This document shows positions 1-12,289 of a stretch of DNA of 64,000 nt, piece by piece; position 1 is the first letter of the stretch, and every line of letters starts with the position of its first letter. Under the pieces are notes generated by a model. The model did not search any database. It had not been told where the DNA came from and worked only from the letters and a program-made list of their open reading frames with translations. The stretch is from Octopus vulgaris. Taxonomy: Eukaryota. The stretch lies in the NCBI GenBank assembly GCA_951406725.2, contig OX597841.1:22940001-23004000 (forward strand), given 5' to 3'. The translations under genes and the position numbers were made by a program.

Positions 1-266
1 TCCAATGGGGTTCTCAGTTATTTGGTTTAACCCCTTAAAATTCAGATTATTCTGTCAAATTTAATGCTTATTCAAGATTTCCAGGTGATTGCGTTACGGC
101 AAAATTTATGACACCCCATGAGACATGGTGTGTGGTAGTGATAGATGCTTTCTCACCAAAGTATTGCAGTCTACGAAGATGTCTGATGGGGTTCTCAGTT
201 ATTTGGTTTAACCCCTTAAAATTCAGATTATTCTGTCAAATTTAAAACAATGAACTTTGATACAAC

Positions 267-1232
267 TTACGCATCTGAATGGATGGCTACGTGTTTAGTC
301 AAGTTACTTTTTTGGGAGAAAGATTTATCACAGATGTCACAATGATATGGCTTCTCTCCAGAATGAGTACGTTTGTGTATAGTTAAATCACTGTTTTGAG
401 AGAAGGATTTATCACAGATATCACACTGGTATGGCTTATCTCCCGTGTGTATACGTTTGTGTACAGTTACTTCGCCATTTCGAGAGAACGATTTACCACA
501 GATGTCACACTGAAATGGCTTCTCTCCTGTATGAATCCGAATGTGGATGGTTAAGTCACTCTTTTGAGAGAATGATTTCGTACAGATGTCACACTGATAT
601 GGCTTCTCACCTGTATGAATACGCTTGTGCTTAGTCATATAACCAATTTCAGAGAATGATTTACCACAGATATCACAGTCAAATGGCTTCTCCCCTGAAT
701 GAATACGTTTGTGTTTAGTTAAGACTCCATTATCACAGAATGATTTACCACAAGTATCACATCGATATGGTTTATCCCCAGTATGAATACGCTTGTGTGC
801 AGTTAAGTTTACGTTTTGAGAGAATGATTTTCCACAGACATCACAGCAATAAGGCTTTTCCCCTGTATGAATACGTATATGCCTGGTTAAGTCACTACTT
901 CCAGAGAAGGATTTACTACAGATATCACAATGGTACGGTTTCTCGTCTATATGGATACGCTTGTGAATGGTCAAGTTGTTTCCGTGAGAAAACGATTTAC
1001 CGCAAATATCGCAGTGGTACGGTTTCTCTCTCGTATGAATGCGTCTGTGTGTTGTTAAATTTCCGTTATGAGAGAAGGATTTACCACAGATGTCACAGTG
1101 ATATGGCTTCTCTCCTGTATGAATGCGTCTGTGGTTAATTACTTCACCGTTTCGGGAGAAAGACTTACCACAGATATCACAGTGATGTAGCTTATCATCT
1201 ACGTTAACCCGTTCGTGAGTAGTTATCTCCAT
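267..1232 (-). CDS. C2H2 zinc-finger protein ZF1, 11 tandem fingers, single coding exon (321 aa from the first ATG)
   Basis: Eleven CxxC-x12-HxxxH repeats, mostly with TGEKPY-type linkers. The ORF-track start at 1265 is TTG; the first in-frame ATG (MEITTHER) is at 1232. Confidence 0.9.
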   Translation of the reverse strand: MEITTHERVNVDDKLHHCDICGKSFSRNGEVINHRRIHTGEKPYHCDICGKSFSHNGNLTTHRRIHTREKPYHCDICGKSFSHGNNLTIHKRIHIDEKPYHCDICSKSFSGSSDLTRHIRIHTGEKPYCCDVCGKSFSQNVNLTAHKRIHTGDKPYRCDTCGKSFCDNGVLTKHKRIHSGEKPFDCDICGKSFSEIGYMTKHKRIHTGEKPYQCDICTKSFSQKSDLTIHIRIHTGEKPFQCDICGKSFSRNGEVTVHKRIHTGDKPYQCDICDKSFSQNSDLTIHKRTHSGEKPYHCDICDKSFSQKSNLTKHVAIHSDA

Positions 1233-1302
1233 GAGCGAATGATTTACCACAGATATCTTCAGCAATGTGATTTATGTCCTTTATGAGTTTGTGCCTATTT
1301 AA

Positions 1303-2501
1303 CCCTTTAGCGTCCAAATTAATATGTCATAAGTAATCCTTATTCATTTACATTTTATAAAATTAATCTGGTGAGCTGGCAGAATCGTCAGCACGCCGGG
1401 CGAAATGCGTAGCCGTATTTCGTCTGTCGTTACGTTCTGAGTTCAAATTCCGCCGAGGTCGACTTTGCCTTTCATCCTTTCGGGGTCGATAAATTAAGTA
1501 CCAGTTACGCACTGAGGTCGATGTAATCGGCTTAATACCTATGTCTGTCCTTGTTTGTCCTCTATGTGTTTAGCCCCTTGTGGGTAATAAAGAAATAGGT
1601 ATTTCGTCTGCTGTTACGTTCTGAGTTCAAATTCCGCCAAGGTCGACTTTGCCTTTCAGCCTTTCGGGGTCGATAAATTAAGTACCAGTTACGCACTGGG
1701 GTCGAAGTAATCGACTTAATACCTATGTCTGTCCTTGTTTGTCCCCTCTGTGTTTAGCCCCTTGTGGGTAGTAAAGAAATAGGTATTTCGTCTGCCGCTA
1801 CGTTCTGAGTTCAAATTCCGCCGAGGTCGACTTTGCCTTTCAGCCTTTCGGGGTTGATAAATTAAGTACCAGTTACGCACTGGGGTCGAAGTAATCGACT
1901 TAATCCGTTTGTTTGTCCTCTCTGTGTTTAGCCCCTTGTGGGTAGTAAACAAATAGGTATTTCGTCTGCTGTTACGTTCTGAGTTCAAATTCCGCCGAGG
2001 TTGACTTTGCCTTTCAGCCTTTCAGGGTCGATAAATTAAGTACCAGTTACGCACTGGGGTCGAAGTAATCAACTTAGTACCTATGTTTGTCCTTGTTTGT
2101 CCCCTCTATGTTTATCCCCTTGTGGGTAGTAAAGAAATAGGTATTATCTTGTAGCTTCAAGATTTGAAAGACGTAATTGTATATTTTTAGAATGACATTG
2201 CAAGGTAGGTGTGAGATACTGGTTCTGGCCAGTTTGAGCATAAAATGAGTAGAATATCCAGGCCGGATATAGCTGGTTTAACCCTTTAGTGCTCAGGTAA
2301 TTCAGTCAAATGTGATGTTTGTTTATTTAAAATGGTTTGAATTAATCCTGCATTATCTTGCAGTTTAGAGATTTCAGTGATGTGATTTTTTAGTTTTAGA
2401 ACGACATTGTTGAGCTGTGGTGAGAGGTGAGATCTGGTCAGTTTCAATATAAAACAGGTTAAATATTTTGGCCAGATATGGCCAGTTTGAATGCTAAAGG
2501 G
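1303..2501. mobile_element. Two tandem piggyBac-like MITEs (CCCTTTAG...CTAAAGGG ends, TTAA sites); the first carries a nested SINE array
   Basis: TTAA|CCCTTTAG at 1299-1310 and 2278-2289; right end CTAAAGGG|TCAA at 2494-2505. TTAA target and CCC/GGG termini are piggyBac hallmarks. Confidence 0.7.
1369..2143 (+). mobile_element. SINE family A: one full copy plus three head-less ~180 bp tandem copies
   Basis: tRNA-like A box (TGGCAGAATCG) and B box (GAGTTCAAATTCC), and a central GCCTTTCATCCTTTCGGGGTCGATAAA domain. Units restart at GGTATTTCGTCTG near 1597, 1782 and 1956. Confidence 0.85.
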
Positions 2502-2592
2502 TCAAACAATGATTTAAAAAGAAGGATTTACTACAGATGTATTCAGTAATAATGATTTTTTTTCCTGTACAAATAAGCTTGTGCCTAATTAA

Positions 2593-2799
2593 GCCTTTAG
2601 TGTTCACATTATTCTGCCAAAATTAATCCTTTTTTATCCACATTGCCTTGAACTAATCATTCATTAATCTTGTAGCTTTGAGATTTTGATGTGGTAGCTG
2701 TTAATTTTTAAAACAATATTGCCGGGTTGGTGTGAGATGTCAGATCTGTCCAGTTTGAACATGAAACAGGCAGAATACTTTTGGCCGAATATGGCCAGT
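2593..2799. mobile_element. piggyBac-like MITE, right end truncated
   Basis: Same internal sequence as the 2282-2501 copy; begins after TTAA at 2589-2592. Confidence 0.6.
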
Positions 2800-2814
2800 T
2801 TAAATAATGATTTA

Positions 2815-2973
<159 letters not shown>

Positions 2974-3308
2974 TTACAGATACCTCAGCGATGTCATGAT
3001 TTTCTTATCTCTTCGGTCCTTATGTAAGTTTTCTTATTCAAGTTCTGTTCCTTTTCTCACAATATTCAGATATTACACTTGTACACAGTTCTACAATTTA
3101 TTCCTTGCAATTGTTCCACTACTTTATTTCCAGTAACTGTGACCTTCGCCGCTGTTTATCTTCATCTTCAGAAGTGTTTCGGTTTAATTCACCACAGAAT
3201 TATATAAACATGCTTATATTGTTTCTTTGGTGGAACATTTTCCTTTTAATCTTTAAATGATGATAAATATGGATGGCATATCTCTCTGATGTCAATGTCA
3301 ACTGAAGA

Positions 3309-3887
3309 TCTGAAAAAAGAGAGAAACAGCAGAATAAGATACGGAGGGCATAAAAAGTGGACATTTTACAACATTGTTAAAGGAGGAATTACAACCGTGT
3401 TTCGTGGTCTGCTACCACAACAGCTCCTTTATAGGATCCAGTTAACTCAAGACATCATCAGGAGGAACCACGCCCGGTTTTGGCCCCCTACTCCTCTACC
3501 GTTTTGACGTGGCGGGGCCCTCCTTTCGGAGGTGTCTTCAGCTCTGGTGTTGGGTGCATGTCTTCTCCTTCTGTTCCCTGGCCTCTTCGATGTATCGTCA
3601 GCGAGTGTCAGCCGGTGACTGACTGTCTTGTCAATTTTTTTTTTTCTAGACATTTTACAACATTTTTTAAAGAGATAAACTTTACATAAAACCAACTACT
3701 TGATTCAATTTATTGTTTCTTTTATTTCTAAGCGGGTGTGGCTGTGTGGTGAGAAGCTTACTTACAAAGAACTCATGACTCTAGGTTCAGTCCCGCTGTG
3801 TGGTACCTTAAGCAAGTGTCTACTATAGTCTCACACCGACCAAAACCTTGTGGGAAGATTTGGCAGACGGAAACTGAAAGAAACCCG

Positions 3888-3938
<51 letters not shown>

Positions 3939-4703
3939 CGCAGGAGTGGCTGTGTGGTAGGTAGCTTGTTTACCAACCACATGGTTCCAGGTTCAGTCCC
4001 ACTGTGTGGCACCTTGGGCAAGTGTCTTCTACTATAGCCTCGGGACGACCAAAGCCTTGTGAGTGGATTTGGTAGACGGAAACTGAAAGAAGCCCATCGT
4101 ATATATGTATATAGGCGTAGGCGTGGCTGTGTGGTAAGTAGCTTGCTCACGAACCACATGGTTCCGGGTTCAGTCCCACTGCGTGGCACCTTGGGCAAGT
4201 ATCTTCTACTATAGCCTCGGGCCGACCAAAGCCTTATGAGTGGATTTGGTAGACGGAAACTGAAAGAAGCCCGTCGTATATATGTATATGTATATATATG
4301 CGTGTCTGTGTTTGTCCCCCTAGCATTGCTTGACAACCAATGCTGGTGTGTTTATGTCTCCGTTACTTAGCGGTTCGGCAAAACAGACCGATAGACTAAG
4401 TACTGGGCTTACAAAAGAATAAGTCCCGGGGTCGAGTTGCTCGATTAAAGGCAGTGCTCCAGCATGGCCGCAGTCAAATGACTGAAACAAGTAAAAGAGA
4501 GAGAGGGAGAGAGCGCAAGCATTTTTGTCCAGTGCTCTACCAATTCTATACCAGTTCACCACCTAATATGAAATAAAACATCATGTTTCAAATTTTAGCA
4601 AAATTTTAAACTTGAAAAGATCGTCATTGATCGTAATAAAGATTCCATTTTAAACTTGAAAAAAAAAAAACCCAAAAAAAGCCTTGCATATTTAGTTCTT
4701 ACC
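3309..4703 (-). other. Putative 5'UTR intron of ZF1 (donor CAG|GTAAG at 4703/4702, acceptor TTTTTTCAG at 3310)
   Basis: Consensus splice signals on the minus strand. The same layout (non-coding first exon, then a large terminal exon) is seen for ZF2 and ZF3. Confidence 0.5.
3732..4500 (+). mobile_element. SINE family B with three tandem 5' halves separated by (TA)n and one 3' half
   Basis: Repeated GTGGCTGTGTGGT...GGTTCAGTCCC...GGAAACTGAAAGAA heads at ~3732, 3937 and 4113; single tail ending GACTGAAACAAGTAAAAGAG. Confidence 0.85.
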
Positions 4704-4979
4704 TGTTTCAGGTGTGTGGATGTAAAAATCTGAAAAATTTCCAATCAGAAAACAGAATCGATCTGTCATTCGCTTCCACGGAAACACCCGAAGTGAAATA
4801 TTTTGATTTTGTCGTTTTTTTCTCTCCGACCAGTTGTTATTCCTTTGGATGCATTCACGCTTATTCCGTTCCAATTATTTTATAAATTAGACGATATTAA
4901 TTAAATATTCTGCAATTAATCTCTCGTCCTCTGAATCCAACAACAACAGGAAATCGTCATAACAATCTCTAGTGATTGG

Positions 4980-5040
4980 AGGTCAGTTTTTCTTATGCAA
5001 CCAATGTCACTTCCGTTATGTCACTTTCACTCTTCAGAAA
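4980..5040 (-). promoter_or_regulatory. Candidate ZF1 promoter (CCAAT plus ETS-type CGGAAGTG)
   Basis: CCAATGTCACTTCCG at ~5001-5015, upstream of the putative first exon. Motif-level evidence only. Confidence 0.3.
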
Positions 5041-6420
5041 ATTCACAAACATTGCAAAATATAATTACGTTATCTTGGTAATTAACTCCGCTAATTAATT
5101 AATTACACAGGTTATTCATTAGAAGTATGATGGGACGTACCTAGGAAGTACCGGATACATTTCAAGAAAGTGTTGTTTTTTTATATAAATGACGGTGCCC
5201 CAGAATGGCCACAGCTCGTGAGCTGAAACTAGATAAAATAAAATAAAAAATATGGGGGGGGGGGGGGTTAGGATTAGGGGTGGGAGAAAAGGGTTTCTGT
5301 TATCTTCAGAAATGTAAACAAAGCCACTTACGGTAGCTATACCGAAGGATCACCATATATTTTATAAGGTTCTCTACAGGTCACACGTTACTTGTATGTT
5401 AAGCTGCCTGTCTATCGACCTACCCTTCTATCATTCTACTTCGATATTTACTTTCATATCCATGAACCCTTTACATATCCATCATCTTTTGCGTCCATGA
5501 ACCTTTAAAACTTTCGCAAAATTTTAGTTTAAGCACCCCACATAAACCTCTCGTAACTTTTTATTTAAAATAAATTTCGGAAAACTTTTTGCAAAGTTGG
5601 GAACTACATTCGGGAATTCATACAAATATGCAAAAAAAAAAATTGTGTGTGATTTAAGGGCGATTTAACTGATTTTTAGCACATCCCACGACCACCTGAT
5701 ATCTTCCTCGTTTCTTTTAATGCGCCTTAATGGCGATCATTCGTTACTAGTAACATAACTGTCACTTATAAACCCACGTGGGTTTATTTACATTTCTGAA
5801 GAAAAAAGATACCCTCCCCCCACCCCTAACCCTAACCCCACATACATATATAAAAAAAAATTTACGGAAATAACTACTATTCCTGTCAAACCTTGCTTTT
5901 GCCAGTTGGATATCAATGTCTTGAAATTTACTATTTTCCATTACATTTCAGACAGATTCTGTACTGAGTTGTCCCAGCAGAAATATCTTTATAGCAAATA
6001 TTCTGCTCAATACCAGATTTGCTTGTCATACGCAAATGTCTGTTAGTGGCTGACAATATGGGCATCTCGGATGATGAGCAGGAGTAGTAGGGAAGCATCA
6101 TGGCCATGTGTTGAGAGGGATTCTTTGGGGTTTGAATAAATGTAACAAAAGCAAAATTTGCAGGAAATATTAGACAATTTTCATACTTTTTAGGGGTAAG
6201 TAAATAAGAAATAACAGTTCCTACCCAAAGACAAAAATCATGTTACACAGTGTCATTAATTCCAATTAGCCTAATTAAAGGAGGCATTTGATGGAAAACA
6301 TTGTGAATTGAACAGTCAGAAATGTGTTGACTTTCCTCAGGACAACAACACACTTCATGTTTCCTTTTGGATGCAGCAGAAATTAGTACAGCTTGGCTGG
6401 TATGTCCTATCACATCTACT

Positions 6421-6725
6421 TGTGGAGGCACATGACCTAGTGGTTAAAGCAGCGGATCTGTGGTTGAGGGATCACAGGTTCGAATCTCAGACCAGGCGAT
6501 GTGTGAGTTTATGAGCAAAACACCTAAGCTCCACGTGGCTCCAGCAGAAGGTAATGGCGAAACTTCTGCTGACTCTTCCGCCACAACTTTCTCTCACTCT
6601 TTCCTCCTGCATCTTGCAGCTCACCTACGACTGACCGGTGTCCTGTCCAGGTGGGGAACCTATACGCCAAGGAAACTGGGAAACTGGCCCTATGAGCCAG
6701 GAGTGGCTCGAGAAGGAACAAACAA
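6421..6725 (+). mobile_element. tRNA-derived SINE family C (subtype 2)
   Basis: tRNA-like head CCTAGTGGTTAAAGCAGCGG...GGTTCGAATCTC and (AAC)n tail; homologous to 43440-43748 and 50829-51107. Confidence 0.8.
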
Positions 6726-7332
6726 TCACATCCACTCTACTCACCCGATCTTGCACCTTCAGATTACCATTTTGATCCCTTCAAAATACTCTCAATGGGG
6801 GAGAACTTCAGTTCTTCAAAAGAGTGTAAAAACCAGTTCATAATCCCAAACGATGCCTATTTCTGGGTAGATGAGATCAAGAAGCTCCCTTAAAGATGGT
6901 GACAGGTACAAAACGTGGATGATTTGACAAGGTATGACAAATGCAAGTCTGCTTTGTTCCTTCAGTTGGGACCCTTTTCTAACACATTTCAGAGTGTACA
7001 GGGTGCTTTAGTCATGACACAGGTAAATATGCAACCTCTACTCAGCTTAGAAGACAAAGGTTCTCGTCAACAGGGGCTAGATTAGTGAGGGAGGTGACTT
7101 TCTGCTCAGAGACAAGAAGTTAAACTTTAAAAGAAAGGACCTTATAGACATATGGCTTAGTGGCTATGGGATTTGGCTCACAATTGTAAGGTTGTGAGTT
7201 CAATTCCAGGCAGCAATTCCTTGAGTAAGACACTTCTTGTTGCTCCAGTCCACTCAGCTGATAAAAATGAATTGTACCTGAAATTCAAATGGCCAGCCTG
7301 GTTACACTGAATCTCCCTGAGAACTACATTAA

Positions 7333-7544
7333 CCCTTTTGATACTAAATGCCTCTGGCTCTGTAATACAAATGTCTTATTTTAATAAGTTTTGAATTAAA
7401 ATTCTTCCACCAAAACTTAGTCACAATTTATGTTCCTAACACTAGCTTAATGATAACTAAGTTATTTTACTAAATTCTTTGTTATATTTAAAATTAATTG
7501 AAAGAAACACAGAGCATCTCAAAATAAATACAGTAAGGAAAGGG
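7333..7544. mobile_element. piggyBac-like MITE, second family
   Basis: TTAA|CCCTTT...AAAGGG|TTAA; homologous copies at 41708-41928 and 50467-50693. Confidence 0.8.
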
Positions 7545-8489
7545 TTAAGAGTATCTGTGTCTGTGGAATGCTCATGGTACAAGATGTTAGACTTAGGGAG
7601 ACTATGGGCAAAGAATTGGGGATAGATGGGTGGATAGGTAAGTTTGTGAGAGTGTAAAAGGGGAGTGAAAGAGAGTAGGGACAAGAAACAGAAGTGAAAA
7701 CAACACTGAAGTATTTTCTTTTTCATTCTGTATATTTATTTACAACATAACAACTGTTCACTGATTTTATCGTTTATTGTATATATAGCTACAGAAAATA
7801 TGAAATATTGTTATCACAGTTATATCATTTTTCCTGTGCCGAAGCATAATCATCATCTAATTTCAACCTTCTAAGATTGCATGGCTTGAACATGTTGACA
7901 GGTCCAGGGACTGTTTTGTCCACCAGTGTTTGCACTGGCCTTGCCAACACCAATCACTTCACTTAGTGCACTGGGTGCTTTTGTCATGACACTAGTACCA
8001 ATGAAGCTACTATGCAGCCTGCAACACTTGAAATCCCCTTCGACTGAGCAGAGCTACATTAAAGAGGGAGATAAGGGGTTAAAGTATGAAAGAAGGGGTT
8101 GTATAGTTTTATCTTGTAGGATGAATTTTAAACCTTCTCCGTGCTGTTGTCCACATGAGTTTCCTTCCTTGTAGCTGCATTTTGTCACATTGCTAAAGTT
8201 TATTTCCAGTAAACAGGGGACATTTGATTCAGAACAAGGGTTAGGGTTAGGGTTAACTTTTGTTTTCTGATGTTATTTCCATTGTTTATAAACTAAGCAC
8301 GAGGTAACCAATCTTCAAAATCGATTGCAGTTTCTTTCAGATTTTGTTTTTACTGAATCGAAATGGCCACCCCTGCATTTGAAGCTTTTTCTGAAGGAAA
8401 TCTTGTTTGATTCTGACTCAGACAATGATTTTGAAGGATTTGCTTAAGCAGACATCGATGGTGAAATTATTCAAGATGATGTCCAGTGA

Positions 8490-8720
8490 CGTGAGGACCA
8501 AAGAACTGAAGTATTTCAGATTGCAAGACAGTGTGTGAGACAAAACTGAGATGTCACAGGAGAGAAATGTGTCCACATGGATGATGGTGCACTTGCTTTC
8601 AATGATTCAGAAAAGAAAGAGGCTTGGAAAAGTCATTATGAAAGTCTGCTGAACGTGAAGAATGAATGAGAGGAGATCCTGCCAAATGTAGACCCAGTAG
8701 AGCTATCTGAATAGACAGAT
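8490..8720 (+). mobile_element. Degenerate RTE-clade LINE fragment
   Basis: Translates VFQIARQCVRQN*DVTGEKCVHMDDGALAFNDSEKKEAWKSHYESLLNV, resembling the RTE endonuclease-RT linker. Confidence 0.55.
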
Positions 8721-9567
8721 TTATCAAAGATGTCACAGTAATAGGATTCTCTCTGAAATCAATATGTTAGTGAATAGTTCATAAATAGTTATGGCCCCAT
8801 GTCTTCCTAGACATGGGATGATACATTAAAGGCTGATCACAAGACACTGAGCCTTAAAAGGAGGGACTAAGGACCTGGACATCAGGTGCATTGCTGTACT
8901 CAAGAAGACAAGTCCACCACAGCAGCATTGACACTAGTGCTGGCTCCACATAAAAAGGACTTGCGCTGGTGTCAGATAAGGGCACCCAGTACACTCAATG
9001 GAGTGGTTGGCATTAGGAAAGGCATCCAGTTGTAAAAACCCATGCCATAACAGATAGTGGTGTTTGGTGCAGCTCCAGTCAAACCATGCAACTGATACCA
9101 GCATAGAAAACGGATGTTAAATGATGCTGATGATAAGGCCGATGTTGGTGTTGTGTAGCCGGCACATAAAAAGCACCCTTCAAACGTTGGGTGATATGTT
9201 GTGCTTAAGAAAACCTGACAGTGTGAAATTGAAGTCGTGGCCAATGCTAGAGTCACCTGACTGGCACTTGAGCTGGTGGTATATAAAAAGCACCATTTAA
9301 GCTTTGGGCCACATGGAGGCAGGGACAAGTGACTGAGAACTTTGGCAATATACTGTGCTTCTGAAGACCTGTCAAGCCAATTGAGATTGATGCTGGTGTC
9401 ACATTAAGGGCATGTAAAAAAACACTGACTAAACTCTTGGCTTTAGGTAGGGCATCCAGCCATAGGAACCATGCTAAATCAGATTGTCCCCGGCTTACCA
9501 GCTTTCAGTCAAATCATCAAACCCATGTCAGCTTAGAAAATGGACGTTAAATGATGACGATAATGAT

Positions 9568-9890
9568 CATCATCATCGTTTAGCATCCGCTTTCCATGCT
9601 GGCATGGGTTGGACGGTTCAACTGGGGTCTGGGAAGCCAGGAGGCTGCACCAGGCTCCAGTCTGATCTGGCAATGTTTCTATGGCTGGATGCCTTTCCTA
9701 ACGCCAACCACTCCATTAGTGTAGTGGGTGCTTTTTACGTGCCACCAGCACAGGTGCCAGACGAGACTGGCAAACGGCCACGATTGGATGGTGCTTTTTA
9801 CATGCCACCGGCACGGAAGCCAGTCATGGCGGCACTGGCAACGGCCACGTTCGGATGGTTCTCTTATGTGCCACCGGCACTGGTATCATA
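9568..9890 (-). mobile_element. (GAT)n-tailed retroposon family D with internal subrepeats
   Basis: Diagnostic GTTGGCGTTAGGAAGGGCATCCAGC...GGACGTTAAACGATGATG. Other copies: ~11925-12258, 16510-16835, 18445-18680, 26535-26825, 37507-38090, 38800-39064, 40073-40398, 41960-42220, 42745-43095, 63057-63376. Confidence 0.8.
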
Positions 9891-9910
9891 GCCACAAAGT
9901 GATATGGTTT

Positions 9911-10747
9911 CTAAACTCTATGCTTAAGTTTATGTCTCTTTAAGTAATTATACGAAAATGATTTACCACAGATATCACAGTCAGATGGCTTCTTTTCAGA
10001 ATGAACATATTTGTGAATATTTAAGCCATTTAAGCAAGAGAAAGATTTACCACAAATATCACATAGATATAGTTTCTCTCCCGTATGAATACGTTTGTGA
10101 CCAGCTAAATCACTACTTTGAGAAAATGATTTATTACAGACATCACAGTGAAATGGTTTCTCCCCTGTATGAATACGCTTATGAACAGTTAAGGGGCTAC
10201 TTTCAGCGAATGATTTACCACAGATATTACACTGATATGGTTTTTCCCCTGTGTGAATACGTCTGTGTACAGTCAAGTGAGTACTTTGTGAGAATGATTT
10301 ATTACAGATATCACACTGATATGGTTTTTCACCGGTGTGAAAGCGCTTATGTTGAGTCAAGTCACTACTCCCAGAGAACGATTTACCACAGATGTCACAG
10401 TGAAATGGTTTCTCCCCTGTATGAATGCGTTTGTGTTTAGTCAGGGTACTCCCTACCGAGAAAGATTTACCACAAACATCGCAGGGATATGGTTTCTCTC
10501 CTGTGTGAATACGTATGTGAACAGTCAAATGAATCCTCCGAGAGAATGCTTTACCACAGATATCACAGTGATGTGACCTCTCCCTTCTGTGAATACGTTT
10601 GTGCTCATTGAGGGGCCTCTTGTCAGGGAATAATTTACCACAGATATCACACTGACATGGTGTTTTTCCTTTCTCTTTCTTTATATCATCAGGAAAATCA
10701 ATAGCTTTACATTGTCTTTCATATTCCTCACATAATATATATTCCAT
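9911..10747 (-). CDS. C2H2 zinc-finger protein ZF2, 9 fingers (last one shortened), 278 aa
   Basis: Intact ORF with a short N-terminus ([13 protein letters not shown]...) followed by C2H2 repeats with TGEKP linkers. Confidence 0.92.
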   Translation of the reverse strand: MEYILCEEYERQCKAIDFPDDIKKEKGKTPCQCDICGKLFPDKRPLNEHKRIHRRERSHHCDICGKAFSRRIHLTVHIRIHTGEKPYPCDVCGKSFSVGSTLTKHKRIHTGEKPFHCDICGKSFSGSSDLTQHKRFHTGEKPYQCDICNKSFSQSTHLTVHRRIHTGEKPYQCNICGKSFAESSPLTVHKRIHTGEKPFHCDVCNKSFSQSSDLAGHKRIHTGEKLYLCDICGKSFSCLNGLNIHKYVHSEKKPSDCDICGKSFSYNYLKRHKLKHRV

Positions 10748-11812
10748 AATTTTTCTTCTCCAACTAAAAAATACTGTGGTTTATTAGTATTATTATTTGT
10801 ATTTTTTTTTTGCAGATATATATTTTGTTCATAACAGATATTTCTACTGCTATATTTCCATCACTTCTGATCTTTCTGGTATTTGAATGATGAGGACACC
10901 TTTGTGAATTTGTCTAAGTTTAATTACAACACAAAAACCATATTGTAAATATTCAAGGCACTTTAGGAGAAGTGTTGCTATTCCAAGAAAACCGTCCTAG
11001 AAAAATGTTGCTTTTAATTTCCATTCAGAAAACCTATTTCACTGTAATTCACTCAAAATTTATATAAACAAGATTGCATCAATTCTGTAAAACATTTTCC
11101 TTTTGGTCATCAAGAGACGATAACTAATGATGATGTATCTGCTGCAAACAATTCTTTAACCTTTGGTACACTGTCCATACATTATGTCACTGTATGAGTT
11201 TTATCCTCTGTAGCAGCAGAGCAGTGGAAGTGGAGACAATCCTAGAGAAGATGCAGGTTAATCTTAAATGTTATTTGATAATCTGAAATAAGAAAGAAAC
11301 AATAGTATAGAAGATATTTAAACAGTAGATATCCAACAATATCACAACTCCCTACAGATAAACTATAGATCATAATCATCATCATCAATTAACATCCATG
11401 CTGACATGGGTTGGATGGTAATCTGAGGGGCTGCATCAGGCTCCTGTCTGATCTAGCATGGTTTCTACAGTTTGATGCTCTTACTAGCACCAACTACTCT
11501 GAGAGAGAGTAATGGGTGCTTTTATATGCTACCAGTACAGATGACATTTCCATGACCCCAGTATCTGCTGTAAAGAAAAACCTTTGATTCAAAAACATTG
11601 TGTATAGACTCGATATTTGGAATGACCAATTTTATATACTGTTGGATTTTACTCATAAGGTATTGGAATCTTACATATATACCATTCTGCCTAAAAAATG
11701 GATCTTCAAATTCAATATCCCTACATATCTTACATCTATTTTCTTTCCTCCACCTCAATCTCTATTTTGTATCCCATCTAAACTAACTATTACTTAACCA
11801 TCCTCTTACACC

Positions 11813-11864
11813 GTCTCCGATGAAGGGATATAATTAATATATATCCTGGAAACAGCTGTAAGAC
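11813..11864 (+). ncRNA. Type I hammerhead ribozyme motif (U4C core variant) at the end of a Penelope-like relic (~11540-11900)
   Basis: Stem I GTCT/AGAC, core CCGATGA, imperfect stem II GGATAT...ATATCC, GAAA, palindromic stem III ACAGCTGT, cleavage triplet GUA. Confidence 0.65.
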
Positions 11865-12256
11865 CTGCTATCTATAAATGTTCTAAAATCTACTCAGCCT
11901 TGGTTTTTTTTATCTCATTACGAAGGAAATTGTAGTTAAGACACCTGTGCCAGTGACACGTAAAAAGCACCGTCTGAACGTGGCAGATACTAGCATCGCC
12001 TGACTGGCATCTGTGTTGGTGAAACGTAAAAGCACCAACCGATCGTGGCCGTTTGCCAGCCTGCTCTGGCTCCTGTGCCGGTGGCACGTAAAAAACACCC
12101 ACTACACTCTCGGAGTGGTTGGCATTAGGAAGGGCATCCAGCTGTAGAAACACTGCCAGATCAGACTGAAGCCTGGTGCAGCCTCCATGGCTTACCAGAT
12201 CCTGGTCGAACCGTCCAACCCATGCTAGCATGGAAAACAGACGTGAAATGATGATG

Positions 12257-12289
<33 letters not shown>

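Noticed and set aside
5-245. ~58 bp direct repeat at 5-64 and 187-245 just downstream of ZF1
   Set aside because: Includes a MITE end and is cut by the window edge; too little context to interpret.
431-1138. Plus-strand ORFs rich in YHRCH/YECVC (also 9958-10440, 21655-22221 and similar)
   Set aside because: Antisense shadows of the periodic zinc-finger codons; no independent coding evidence.
1597-2143. Regularly spaced repeats superficially like a CRISPR array
   Set aside because: Whole ~180 bp units repeat with no unique spacers, the context is eukaryotic and there are no cas genes.
3773-4562. Recurrent ORFs such as MSSNARGTNTDT... and ...LQLDALPNANHS... across the window
   Set aside because: They recur because they are translations of SINE families B and D, not protein genes.
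8238-8255. (TTAGGG)n runs here and at ~5266, 5825, 12367, 19150 and 61765
   Set aside because: Only 2-3 units, several inside MITE sequence; not evidence of a telomere or fusion site.
8363-8480. Acidic LFDSDSDNDFEGF stretch (also ~19277-19400), like a DNA-transposase N-terminus
   Set aside because: Too short and degenerate to assign a family with confidence.
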